From a virus (lineage: Duplodnaviria; Caudoviricetes), in IMG/VR virus record IMGVR_UViG_3300013121_000013, positions 64,001 to 128,000 of that record: 64,000 nt of DNA, one strand, 5' to 3'. Made by a program: the position numbers and the translations under genes. The notes beneath the pieces were generated by a model, which worked only from the letters and a program-made list of their open reading frames with translations, had not been told where the DNA came from and searched no databases. Below are positions 38,522-47,668 of this stretch, piece by piece; the stretch's first letter is position 1, and each line of letters opens with the position of its first letter.

Positions 38522-39823
38522 GTGCTAAAAAGAGATTTCAAGGTATATGTATTAAATCCTGACGTGCATATAGATAAAGCAAATGATTCATCCAATTACA
38601 ACTCATATAAATATAGAATGAAAGATTGCAAGTTGAGAAAGGATTGCGATGGACATAAAATTACAATAAATGGCTGCGGTCCATGGAAGTTCCATAATCA
38701 CACCAAAGAAGGGTTAGATAGTTCGCTCCTTATGATGGCTATGGGAAGCGAATATGATTTATGCAGTTCTATCTATCTTTTAATGTCAAGGCGATGTAGA
38801 ACTCAAGAGAATAAAGACTTTGAAATATTAGTTCCTGATGGCTGGTATCATCATGATAATTTTATCTTTTCAACCGATTTAGAGAGTAGTGAATTTATTA
38901 AATTATATACAGGTTTACATTTGCTAAAGAGAATAAGGAGAAATTCCAGACCTTCAGGATCAGACTCTAGTAAGTATTCGGTCGATGACTTTTTTAAAGA
39001 AAATCCTGAACACGAAAAACTTACTGGAAAACAATTCAGATCTTTATTTATAGAGAGTCTTTTGAAGAAGTTGAAGAATGAACTTATTAAAAGAAAAGTG
39101 AAAACACAACTTAACTCTATAAGTCCTAGATCATATACAAGCTCTAGAATGTATCGAATGCCGCGTACCTACGGCAGGGCTTATGCTGTAACTCGTCTTA
39201 GATTTACCAGAAAAGGTAACGGCACATTTCTTGATGCAATAGATTGTTCTCCAGATCCTAGACAAGATACATACTACAAGACCGCTAAACAACTAAGGGA
39301 GCTTGAGGCCGAAGATAAAAATAACAGGGATATAACTAAAATTATATTTATGTTATCTGGCCTAACAAATTCAAGAAATAGACTAGTAGATTCAGCAGAC
39401 AGTATACAGCTTGTTGGACCATTTTTAGACGAAAAAACAATCGATATTAGTTATCTAGCTACATGTCTTGAAGCAGCTTGGTTTCAAAGTATATGTAATA
39501 AACTATATGGACCTGGCACTAAGATAGAAAGAATTAATTCTTGTATACAAGATGAAATTAAAAATATGGTTAAGAACAGGTCTCTTAATATGTCTGTAGA
39601 ATCGAGCTTAAAACAAAGATACACTTATCTACCTTACAGTACCCAGTCTACAGGTAATGTTCGCTCTATTCGTAAAATGGAAAAGGTCAGAGAACAGTTC
39701 AGTACAAATATAAGAATCAGCCTTAATTTTGATATTAAAGATATAGAGCATGACTGTCAGAGAATTAAAACTATGTTGAAACAGTTTATTTTGGAATACG
39801 ACAAGGTTAAAAAATTAAAATAA
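38522..39823 (+). CDS. C-H-H-C domain family protein 2
   Basis: CDGHKITINGCGPWKFHNH...MAMG...C. Confidence 0.55.
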   Translation: MLKRDFKVYVLNPDVHIDKANDSSNYNSYKYRMKDCKLRKDCDGHKITINGCGPWKFHNHTKEGLDSSLLMMAMGSEYDLCSSIYLLMSRRCRTQENKDFEILVPDGWYHHDNFIFSTDLESSEFIKLYTGLHLLKRIRRNSRPSGSDSSKYSVDDFFKENPEHEKLTGKQFRSLFIESLLKKLKNELIKRKVKTQLNSISPRSYTSSRMYRMPRTYGRAYAVTRLRFTRKGNGTFLDAIDCSPDPRQDTYYKTAKQLRELEAEDKNNRDITKIIFMLSGLTNSRNRLVDSADSIQLVGPFLDEKTIDISYLATCLEAAWFQSICNKLYGPGTKIERINSCIQDEIKNMVKNRSLNMSVESSLKQRYTYLPYSTQSTGNVRSIRKMEKVREQFSTNIRISLNFDIKDIEHDCQRIKTMLKQFILEYDKVKKLK

Positions 39824-39840
39824 GGAATTAGAATTAGGTA

Positions 39841-40554
39841 ATGTCTATAACACTCGGAAACAGTAAAATTGGTAAGAAGTTCACATGGACCTGGAGCATA
39901 CCTCCTGGTTTAAATGGAACTTGTCCGGGAGAATCTTCAGAATGCGGACCAAATTGCTACGCTAAGAAGGGATTTCTTGGATGTGCTCCAGCAGTTGTTA
40001 AAACACAAAAAATCAACTATGAAATGTCTAAGACGCCATATTTTGCTGATTGGATGACACTCGAAATAAAAAAAGCAAAAGCTAAGCTATTTAGAATTCA
40101 CGTAGCCGGCGATTTCTATGATATTGAATATACTAAGAAATGGCTAAAGATAGTCCAAGAATGTCGAGAGACCACTTTCTATGCATACACTCGATCCTGG
40201 TGCATAGATGAGATTCGGCCATGGCTTAATAAACTAGCAGAAAAGACCAATTTTAGAATGTGGTTCTCTTGCGATAGATCAATGAAAGAACCATTTAGAA
40301 GTAAGAATGTACGACTTGCCTATATGCAAGTTGAAAAAGACGACAAGCCTGCATATCAAGTAGACTTGGTATTTAGAATTAAATCTCTAAGAAAGAATAT
40401 TCAAAAGAAGGTCGATTCAATCCTTGTATGCCCTCCAGAAAATGGGGTTAGTTCTAAAGTTACGTGCGAATCTTGTGGTTGGTGTTGGAAGCCATTTGCG
40501 CAGGATGTAAATATTAAAGAAACAAAAAGAGTTCCTCTTTTAGTCGTTAAATAA
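39841..40554 (+). CDS. GP88-like Cys-rich (radical-SAM-like) phage protein
   Basis: GNSK, TCPG...C...CYA, FRIHVAGDF, YAYTR, terminal CP...CxxCxxCW. Confidence 0.7.
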   Translation: MSITLGNSKIGKKFTWTWSIPPGLNGTCPGESSECGPNCYAKKGFLGCAPAVVKTQKINYEMSKTPYFADWMTLEIKKAKAKLFRIHVAGDFYDIEYTKKWLKIVQECRETTFYAYTRSWCIDEIRPWLNKLAEKTNFRMWFSCDRSMKEPFRSKNVRLAYMQVEKDDKPAYQVDLVFRIKSLRKNIQKKVDSILVCPPENGVSSKVTCESCGWCWKPFAQDVNIKETKRVPLLVVK

Positions 40555-40566
40555 GAAGAGATAAAC

Positions 40567-40944
40567 ATGAGCGCAGAGAAACGAAAGCTAGTTGTATCTT
40601 GTGAAGGTGAAACACACATTATAAAGATAAAGAAAAATAAGACGATACTTATGAGTGATCACTCTAGTGAGGACCTTAACCAATGGAAGATACTTCTAGC
40701 CTTTGGAGGTTACGGATGCACTTGTGTTTATCTCAACTCTTTGTCAGAAAAACTCAAGAAAGCCAATACCAGTTTCTGGGAATATATAAAGATTCTAAGA
40801 CTTAATGGTGATATTTTTAGTAAATATGATATATCTAATCAAAAACAAGAAGCGAAGCATCTATTCGACCTAAGATTAAGAGATATAGAAGAAAAAAGTA
40901 TAATCGAAGAATCTCAAAAAGAGAAGGAATACTGGATTTTTTAA
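40567..40944 (+). CDS. C-H-H-C domain family protein 3 (nearly stand-alone domain)
   Basis: CEGETHIIKI...MSDH...LAFGGYGCTC. Confidence 0.55.
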   Translation: MSAEKRKLVVSCEGETHIIKIKKNKTILMSDHSSEDLNQWKILLAFGGYGCTCVYLNSLSEKLKKANTSFWEYIKILRLNGDIFSKYDISNQKQEAKHLFDLRLRDIEEKSIIEESQKEKEYWIF

Positions 40945-42149
40945 TGTCGAGAGCTTTTCAAATTCCATTTAAGGGCACTTCTAGGTATGACGAGCTAATT
41001 AAACAAGACGAAGAAGTTCAAAGTGAAGTTAACAAAGAATTTTCTAAGACCTTCAATTCTGTCGAGTCTCTGTCGTTTAAAATAAATTGTCTAAAGTCTG
41101 GTATTACTTTTATGAACAGATGTGGCCAACACACCAGACATAAGGCCATGATTAAAAATAATTGTCTTGTACTTTTGAAGCACGAAAAAAGTGAATTAAA
41201 TGCTTTAGAAGCTATGTCAGCGCTGGCGTCTTTAGGTTCAGATCAAATAGATAAATGCTCTCCTCTTCTTAATTGTTTTATAATATTAAAGGGCTGGAGA
41301 GAGGCAAGAGTAAATAAAGTCCCTGATCCAATGTTGCCTTATCTACATTATTATTGTGTGGACGATATTAGAGTAGAAGGACGGCGACTTCTTAGAGTTA
41401 TCCAAAATAAGCTGGACAAGAGATTGCGTCTAAAGCACGATCCAAAGTCTATTTCTGCCGGCGGTGACGAAGCTCTAGCAACTAAGTACGTAGCTTTACA
41501 ATTAAGAAAACTTGGGTTTAACGATATTGAACTAAAAGCTCGTAATGGATTCGATTCAGACAAGATCAATGTTATATTGAGCATTAATGGTTTTAAATTT
41601 TTTATGGATCTTTATTACTCCTGTAATTATAAACGTCTTTATCTATCATATAGAGGAGGTACAGAAACCTCGGTCAGAACTAGTGAAATTCTTTGCCCGG
41701 ATTGTTCTATTGAAAGCTTAGCTGCAGACATTCTTGGATCTCTTTATATAAACCATATATCAAAAGAACATAATGACAGTTATGCTAAGATATCAGACAT
41801 GTACATGAAAGAAATATCTGATAGTGAAAGAGCTAAGGATATCAGATTAGAAAAGATCTCTGTTCACAAATCGTCTGATCTTCATATTAATAGAACCAAT
41901 GCACATAGAACTTATTGTTATGAATGCCTTCCTATTGATAACAGAAACTATTCTACTTTTTATAAATCTTCTCAAAGAGAAAACATCGCCACTATTTCAA
42001 TTCCTATTCCTTTTGGAAATAAAGGAACTGTAAAATTTGCCATATCAAAACTTCAAAAATTGCTTGAACAGTTAAATGCCGTACATCCAGAACTTAATAT
42101 AGAGGCGGATAAAGATGCAAAGTGCAAACTCGGTGAAATCATTTGTTAA
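40944..42149 (+). CDS. C-H-H-C domain family protein 4
   Basis: [18 protein letters not shown]...ASLG...CFIILKGWR. Confidence 0.55.
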   Translation: MSRAFQIPFKGTSRYDELIKQDEEVQSEVNKEFSKTFNSVESLSFKINCLKSGITFMNRCGQHTRHKAMIKNNCLVLLKHEKSELNALEAMSALASLGSDQIDKCSPLLNCFIILKGWREARVNKVPDPMLPYLHYYCVDDIRVEGRRLLRVIQNKLDKRLRLKHDPKSISAGGDEALATKYVALQLRKLGFNDIELKARNGFDSDKINVILSINGFKFFMDLYYSCNYKRLYLSYRGGTETSVRTSEILCPDCSIESLAADILGSLYINHISKEHNDSYAKISDMYMKEISDSERAKDIRLEKISVHKSSDLHINRTNAHRTYCYECLPIDNRNYSTFYKSSQRENIATISIPIPFGNKGTVKFAISKLQKLLEQLNAVHPELNIEADKDAKCKLGEIIC

Positions 42150-42747
42150 TGAATACAATTATAGTAGCGTGCTATTACCTGACTGGAAAATCGAAGAGCT
42201 TGGAATAGTTACCCCGTGCGAGAAAGCTAAAAAAAGACCAGGTGTCATAAGCTACGGATTAAGTAGTTATGGGTATGACGCTCGAGTCGGGTCCAGATAC
42301 AAGATAGTCAATAAACCCAAAATAGAATCCGACTATCAAGCAGAGAAGCACAAGGGTTATATAATCGACCCCAAAAATATATCTGAAGAGTTATTTGAAG
42401 AAATAGAAACTGATAAATGTATTATACCGCCAAACAGCTTTGTCCTGGCAGAAACGGTTGAAACTTTTTGCATACCAAGAAATGTTTTATGTGTATGCGT
42501 GGGTAAGTCTACATATGCAAGATGTGGAATTATAGTAAATGTTACGCCTTTAGAGCCAGAATGGAAGGGCAAGATAACAGTAGAGATTAGCAATACAACA
42601 CCAGTCCCAACTCTGGTGTATTCAAATGAAGGAATTATGCAGATCCTGTTTTTCCAGTCGTCTCTTGATTGTAATGTAAGTTATCAGGATAAGAATGGAA
42701 AGTATCAAAATCAGTCCGGTTTGGTCCTGCCAATGGTGGATAAATGA
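42115..42747 (+). CDS. dcd: dCTP deaminase
   Basis: [48 protein letters not shown]. Confidence 0.95.
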   Translation: MQSANSVKSFVNEYNYSSVLLPDWKIEELGIVTPCEKAKKRPGVISYGLSSYGYDARVGSRYKIVNKPKIESDYQAEKHKGYIIDPKNISEELFEEIETDKCIIPPNSFVLAETVETFCIPRNVLCVCVGKSTYARCGIIVNVTPLEPEWKGKITVEISNTTPVPTLVYSNEGIMQILFFQSSLDCNVSYQDKNGKYQNQSGLVLPMVDK

Positions 42748-42977
42748 AAATCTGTGAGCGGTGTAAGGTAGAGCCCGCCCGTAAAAAGGAAAGGTTCTGT
42801 AAACCTTGTCGATATACAATCTTGGCCGAGATGGAGAATACAGGATACTTTACACCTACAGAAAATAATAACTTATCCGAGTCAGTATCCAATGAGCTAC
42901 CGAGTGTAAAGGAAATGTTCTTCGAGATGAAAGAAACCGGGTTAATTCCTGATATCGATCTTGAAGAACAAATCTAA
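42744..42977 (+). CDS. Small zinc-finger protein
   Basis: CERC...FCKPC. Confidence 0.5.
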   Translation: MKICERCKVEPARKKERFCKPCRYTILAEMENTGYFTPTENNNLSESVSNELPSVKEMFFEMKETGLIPDIDLEEQI

Positions 42978-43000
42978 TTTAAAGGGTGTGGTGATAGACT

Positions 43001-44392
43001 TTGGGTAAGCAGACTCTTGACACTTCAGATATTCTATTGGATAAAGAACAATCTATAGGTAAAAAGATTCGGACGGCTCAAGGCTATGAGCTCCCTCCTA
43101 CAGGGTATATTGCAAAATTCATTATTAAAGATTGTGGGCACGGTAAAGCTCTGCATCATATGTATATCCGAACAAATGGTCGTATTGAATTCAGCAATCA
43201 TAAAATTGAGCAGCTTAAGTCTGAGTCTGTTCAAGTATGTATGGCCATTTCTGGATCTAATACAGAAGAAATAGATAAGTCCTGTCGCCCATGTGCTTTT
43301 GCTTATTACTGCTTTACTACAGGTAGAATAGACTTACTTCGTAAAGATAAAAGATTTGTTATGCCTGCTAAACTACCATTTGGTTGGTTGCCTTCTGGGG
43401 ACGAAAAGTATGGCATCAGACTTAGAAAAAAATATTTAAAGCTAAAAGGATTAGATGAATTTGAAAATCCCATATTAGTTAAATACAAGGCTTCATCTGT
43501 GTCTAGTGGACAAAATATAGTTAAAGCTATTTTTGACATCATATCTAAACGAATTGATGGACGTCTATCAATAAATCATAATTGGAGAGGTAGCCAAATT
43601 AGCCTAGATATTAATTTGGTTAAACATCTAAGAGATGCAGATATGGAAGTTATAGTTAATAGGTACGTAAAGCTAAATGGTATGTATTATGGATTAAAAC
43701 TTTCTGACTATAGGAAACATATTGAAAATAAAGATTTGGCAAAACTGCACTCTCTTGCACAATCTTGTCTAATAGGTAAGTATTCGACATGGGATAGTGA
43801 GCCTATTTTAACATTTAGAGCGAACAACAAGAAAAACGGCTTAAGAACATTTAATGTAGGTAATGGCCTTATTTCTTCAAGTAATTATTTTGAATTGAAC
43901 TATCCCAAAACTGGGTGGGTGGACATAAGACCACTAGTAATAGCTAGCGAAGCAGCCATTTTGGCTTCTGATTGTGTAACTAGGATTAAAGTTAAAGATG
44001 CCATCGAAAAAATTAAGGCAGAAGACTTTGCGGAGGTGTTGACAACTGAGCTTAATAGAAACAACGGTATAGTTGGAACAATGCCAACATTAGCTTTAAT
44101 AAGTCATAATCATAGTACTAACAATAGACTAGACTACAGGCTTTATAAAAGTCCTTTTGATCCGGTAAGTAGAGATTATAGATATGAATTTTTAAATACC
44201 TTCTATATTGCATCTGCAAATAGTTGTAAACTAAAGCCTTATGCTGAATCTTATGAATCTTATCCTATGTCTAGCAAAATAAACGGTATGTCAAAGTCTA
44301 TGACAAGGCTAGTCGCAAATAAATTCGAAAAATTAAGATTAGAGCTATGTAGTCTAACAAACTCTGCCAGAAAATATAAAGAAAACTTCTAA
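43001..44392 (+). CDS. C-H-H-C domain family protein 5
   Basis: CGHGKALHHMYIRTNGRIEFSNH...AISG...C. Confidence 0.55.
   Translation: MGKQTLDTSDILLDKEQSIGKKIRTAQGYELPPTGYIAKFIIKDCGHGKALHHMYIRTNGRIEFSNHKIEQLKSESVQVCMAISGSNTEEIDKSCRPCAFAYYCFTTGRIDLLRKDKRFVMPAKLPFGWLPSGDEKYGIRLRKKYLKLKGLDEFENPILVKYKASSVSSGQNIVKAIFDIISKRIDGRLSINHNWRGSQISLDINLVKHLRDADMEVIVNRYVKLNGMYYGLKLSDYRKHIENKDLAKLHSLAQSCLIGKYSTWDSEPILTFRANNKKNGLRTFNVGNGLISSSNYFELNYPKTGWVDIRPLVIASEAAILASDCVTRIKVKDAIEKIKAEDFAEVLTTELNRNNGIVGTMPTLALISHNHSTNNRLDYRLYKSPFDPVSRDYRYEFLNTFYIASANSCKLKPYAESYESYPMSSKINGMSKSMTRLVANKFEKLRLELCSLTNSARKYKENF
43554..43571. promoter_or_regulatory. 18-bp palindrome variant TTGATGGACGTCTATCAA (intragenic copy)
   Basis: one mismatch to copy 1; inside ORF 43001..44392. 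Confidence 0.45.
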
Positions 44393-44405
44393 AAAGGTCT
44401 TTCGA

Positions 44406-44996
44406 ATGTTTGCATCTGTTCTTGGAGGTAGTTCTCTTCCTGTTTATTTCTATAAAAGAGCAGAGTCGTGGGATGAAGCTTGCGACGGCTTGAAGATCCT
44501 CATAGAGTCACTCCTATCAATTAATCCTAATCTTGATCTAAAAGAAATTATGCTTCCTATGAGGGTAGTTGAAGTATTTAACAAATCTCTATTTTACACT
44601 GAGTATGCTCAAGATAAATTTGAGTTTATCAATTTACATGAAAAGGAAAGAATAATTAAATATATTATGCTCCCCTCATCATTTCTACCTATGCATTTTA
44701 GATATGTAGTAACTTTTGGTGAGTGGGCCTTAGAAGGTAATAAAGTCTGGAAATTTATTAGATCAAAGCCAGATAAACCTATGGAATGCCTTAAGGAGTC
44801 TATTGACGCTCTAAAATCCATTAAAAAATTATCTCCAATCGACTATAGTTCTCTCAAAAATAAAGCATTTATTACCGGATCAATACTTCATTACAGAATT
44901 GCCGACAATATATTTTATATGAATACACCGGAAAAATTTGGACAAAAGATGTTTCCCAGGGAGTTCATAGATAATATCTTTTTCTCCATAAATTAA
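44406..44996 (+). CDS. Hypothetical protein
   Basis: 196 aa ORF. Confidence 0.5.
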   Translation: MFASVLGGSSLPVYFYKRAESWDEACDGLKILIESLLSINPNLDLKEIMLPMRVVEVFNKSLFYTEYAQDKFEFINLHEKERIIKYIMLPSSFLPMHFRYVVTFGEWALEGNKVWKFIRSKPDKPMECLKESIDALKSIKKLSPIDYSSLKNKAFITGSILHYRIADNIFYMNTPEKFGQKMFPREFIDNIFFSIN

Positions 44997-45002
44997 AGGC
45001 AG

Positions 45003-45386
45003 GTGCAGATATACATGTCTATAAACTTAAAAGCTATTCTTTCTAAGCAAATGGCAGAAATAGAAAAAGTAGACAGGTCTAGACAAAACAACAAGTTAAT
45101 AAGTAAATTCTCATCTCTTCGTGAAGCCATGCTAATGCTTAATGGTGAATGGCAAAGTTTAAATGAAGAGATGAGATCTAGTCAAAATAAAGAGATGAAC
45201 GAAGCTGCGGTAGTTGCAAAGCTTATTAGGACTGCAGCTGTTTGTCTTAAGGCCGCTTGTGATCTTAGTTGCCATAAGTCTGCAGTGAAAGTGGCAGAAA
45301 TACTTGATTTCTATAAAGAGCCAGACTTCGGATATATACCAATAGTCAGACCTGGAGACGAAGATAAAAGAAGAAAGAAAACTTAA
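45003..45386 (+). CDS. Hypothetical helical protein, weak MazG-like resemblance
   Basis: FSSLREA...GEW..L.EE...LIRTAAV resembles MazG-like helices but lacks some acidic residues. Confidence 0.3.
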   Translation: MQIYMSINLKAILSKQMAEIEKVDRSRQNNKLISKFSSLREAMLMLNGEWQSLNEEMRSSQNKEMNEAAVVAKLIRTAAVCLKAACDLSCHKSAVKVAEILDFYKEPDFGYIPIVRPGDEDKRRKKT

Positions 45387-45434
45387 TATTAATTAACACT
45401 TAAGAATAACTAGTTTTAGGACAAATTAGGATTA

Positions 45435-46088
45435 ATGAGTTTTTCGAGTAAAGAATCTACAACTTTTTTAAACAAATTGGATAAAGAATCTATAAATAAA
45501 TATAGAAATTATTGGAAAAACTTAATACCAAAGACCCACCTTGATTACTGGAAGAGGTGGGTCTTTTCATTCATGTCCGTGCATACAACATGGAAGCAGA
45601 ATGTAAAGGGATACGAAGCTGTGGTATCTCTAGGAATGGATTTTAATAGAAGGCAGCTTAGAAGACGCATAGAGTCTTCCAGAGTGGGTCTAAATAGGAT
45701 CAGGACTGAAGGTATACTAAGAATGACAAAGAGCTTTATAAGTGATCCTAGGAGCTGGTATCCTGGTGAAAACGAGTCCTTCAGAGACTGTAGAGATAGA
45801 CTTATGAATGAAACCTTCGGTCTAGGTATAACAAAGGTCTCATTTGTGTTGGAGCTGCTAGATCCAGAAAAGTGTGATGCTGTATGTTTAGATACCCATC
45901 TCTTACAGCTATATAAGCTGCCAAGGTCCACTCCTAATAAAACTCTTTATAAAGATGTAGAAAATCATTGGATCGATATTTGTAAAAGTAGAAAGATGCC
46001 AAGTCCTTTAGCTAGGCATATATTTTGGGATAGAAAACAAGGAAAGAATTTGAATAACTACTGGGCATATGTATTTGAAGCTGCCTAG
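45435..46088 (+). CDS. HhH-GPD family DNA glycosylase/AP lyase (Ogg-like)
   Basis: HhH GLGITKVSF with catalytic Lys, followed by CLDTH. Confidence 0.75.
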   Translation: MSFSSKESTTFLNKLDKESINKYRNYWKNLIPKTHLDYWKRWVFSFMSVHTTWKQNVKGYEAVVSLGMDFNRRQLRRRIESSRVGLNRIRTEGILRMTKSFISDPRSWYPGENESFRDCRDRLMNETFGLGITKVSFVLELLDPEKCDAVCLDTHLLQLYKLPRSTPNKTLYKDVENHWIDICKSRKMPSPLARHIFWDRKQGKNLNNYWAYVFEAA

Positions 46089-46111
46089 TTATAGATCTTG
46101 GTTTTTAAACT

Positions 46112-46144
46112 AGTAGTAGAAGCCTATAGGCTTCTACTACTTTT
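46112..46144 (+). terminator. Intrinsic terminator / 30-bp perfect palindrome
   Basis: AGTAGTAGAAGCCTATAGGCTTCTACTACT followed by a T run. Confidence 0.7.
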
Positions 46145-46160
46145 ATAGATAATAAACAAA

Positions 46161-46371
46161 GCGACGAAGTCGCGTCCTCTTATACGTAGTATAAGAGTAC
46201 ACCTAAAGTTTTAGGTGTGTAATTTGTCACAAGGTCTTGATTCGGCAGCACTTACAGTAAAATTTTCTTTGCAGACTGCGTTTAAAAATCGACGCATGTA
46301 CCATTTTGATACAGAAATATTACATAAGACCTTATTGTATAAGCAGTTACGTTCTAAATTTTAGGTGTGTA
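46161..46371. other. Hairpin- and repeat-rich intergenic region, candidate replication origin
   Basis: three adjacent hairpins, direct repeat TTTTAGGTGTGTA x2, spaced motif AAG..CTT...AGCA.TTAC x2. Confidence 0.4.
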
Positions 46372-46412
46372 TTTCAAATACTATAGCGTTATGATCCGAT
46401 CGGAGAATATGA

Positions 46413-47339
46413 GTGTGCAAGTGTTGCTCATTCCCCGGACTAAAGTCCTTCCATGGACATCTGATAGACTTTAAGTTTGGTAGAAAGATATACAGATCGT
46501 TTGCATGGCGTTCTGGTATATCCTCGTTGTCTAGATTGTCAGATGTATCTTTCGACTCCAAACCTCTATCCTTCTTGGCGGACATCCAGCAGACATGGAG
46601 ACAGGCTCTAGGGCGCCTAGCTTCGACTCAGTGGCAAGAAGCGTACAATTTCGAGACAATGCTTCGACTATTGAACTGCGTGCCATACGGGGCCTCTGTG
46701 AAGCCTAAGGGCCGTTTCTGTGAGTTCAGTTCTGTCTGCCCCTGGTGTTGGGCACGAGCACAGTTGTCACTAGTGAAGCATGTTTCTCAAATCGTGAATG
46801 ACTATTCACGAAATCGAGGTCCTATATACAAATATTTAAAAAATAGATACCCGAAGTTTTTGAAACCCAGAGCTTGTGCATCCGATTTGCAGCTAGTATA
46901 TGGCTCTATTGTCACCAAGGAGCCCGACCTTCAGCACGACGGCAGTAGGTTTAATTTAGAGGGGTATTTTGATTACGTATCCAAAGGCAGGTGTAGCGTA
47001 GTTAACAGTATGCGCACTATCGGTGCAAGGCATATGTTTACAGCTGAACCTATACTTAGAAGGTTTATTAGATCTGGTGCTACAATGGATTTTTGGAAGT
47101 TAAAATCTAGATTCTTATGCTTATTTTATAAGAAAGAACCATTTATAGACGGGTCTATTGATGGATTTAAATGCATAAGCCCGCCCGATAATCTATCTAT
47201 ATCAAAAGCTGTCTCCGAAGTTTTTAAGTATCCAGCTGGATATTTGTTAAGCAATCCTATATTAGTTGGCGAATTACTTAATACAAAGAGTAAGTTCAGG
47301 ACTATGGAAAGTTACGGAATCTTAAGAAAGTTTAAATAA
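46413..47339 (+). CDS. Hypothetical protein with C..C-x4-CPxC zinc motif (Rep-like)
   Basis: LLNC...FCEFSSVCPWC; GGAGA RBS before the GTG. Confidence 0.4.
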   Translation: MCKCCSFPGLKSFHGHLIDFKFGRKIYRSFAWRSGISSLSRLSDVSFDSKPLSFLADIQQTWRQALGRLASTQWQEAYNFETMLRLLNCVPYGASVKPKGRFCEFSSVCPWCWARAQLSLVKHVSQIVNDYSRNRGPIYKYLKNRYPKFLKPRACASDLQLVYGSIVTKEPDLQHDGSRFNLEGYFDYVSKGRCSVVNSMRTIGARHMFTAEPILRRFIRSGATMDFWKLKSRFLCLFYKKEPFIDGSIDGFKCISPPDNLSISKAVSEVFKYPAGYLLSNPILVGELLNTKSKFRTMESYGILRKFK

Positions 47340-47392
47340 AGTTATAGTTATATTTAACTAAATTGTCATAATATTAAGTCCTGTATGTTTTT

Positions 47393-47641
47393 ATGTCTAT
47401 TATTGGAGACTACATAACTATGCCGTCGAATAAGCCTTCGAATAAAAAGCCACTAGAAGATCAATATCCGAATGGCGGGCCCAGAATATGTTTGAAGTGC
47501 GATATAGAGTTTTTTTCTATAGATATCGTTAGAAATAGAATATGCAAACAGTGTAATAAAGAAAATTCACTTTCTAAGGTTTCAAGTGTGTTTCGTCTAT
47601 CTGAAGAGGTTTCTTCATTCTTCTCTAGCGAAGAGTTTTGA
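47393..47641 (+). CDS. Small zinc-finger protein
   Basis: RICLKC..F.S...NRICKQC. Confidence 0.55.
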   Translation: MSIIGDYITMPSNKPSNKKPLEDQYPNGGPRICLKCDIEFFSIDIVRNRICKQCNKENSLSKVSSVFRLSEEVSSFFSSEEF

Positions 47642-47655
47642 TAGACGTCAATCAA
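47638..47655. promoter_or_regulatory. 18-bp palindrome variant TTGATAGACGTCAATCAA
   Basis: one mismatch; overlaps a TGA stop, just upstream of hldE. Confidence 0.55.
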
Positions 47656-47668
47656 ATTAAAGGCAGTA

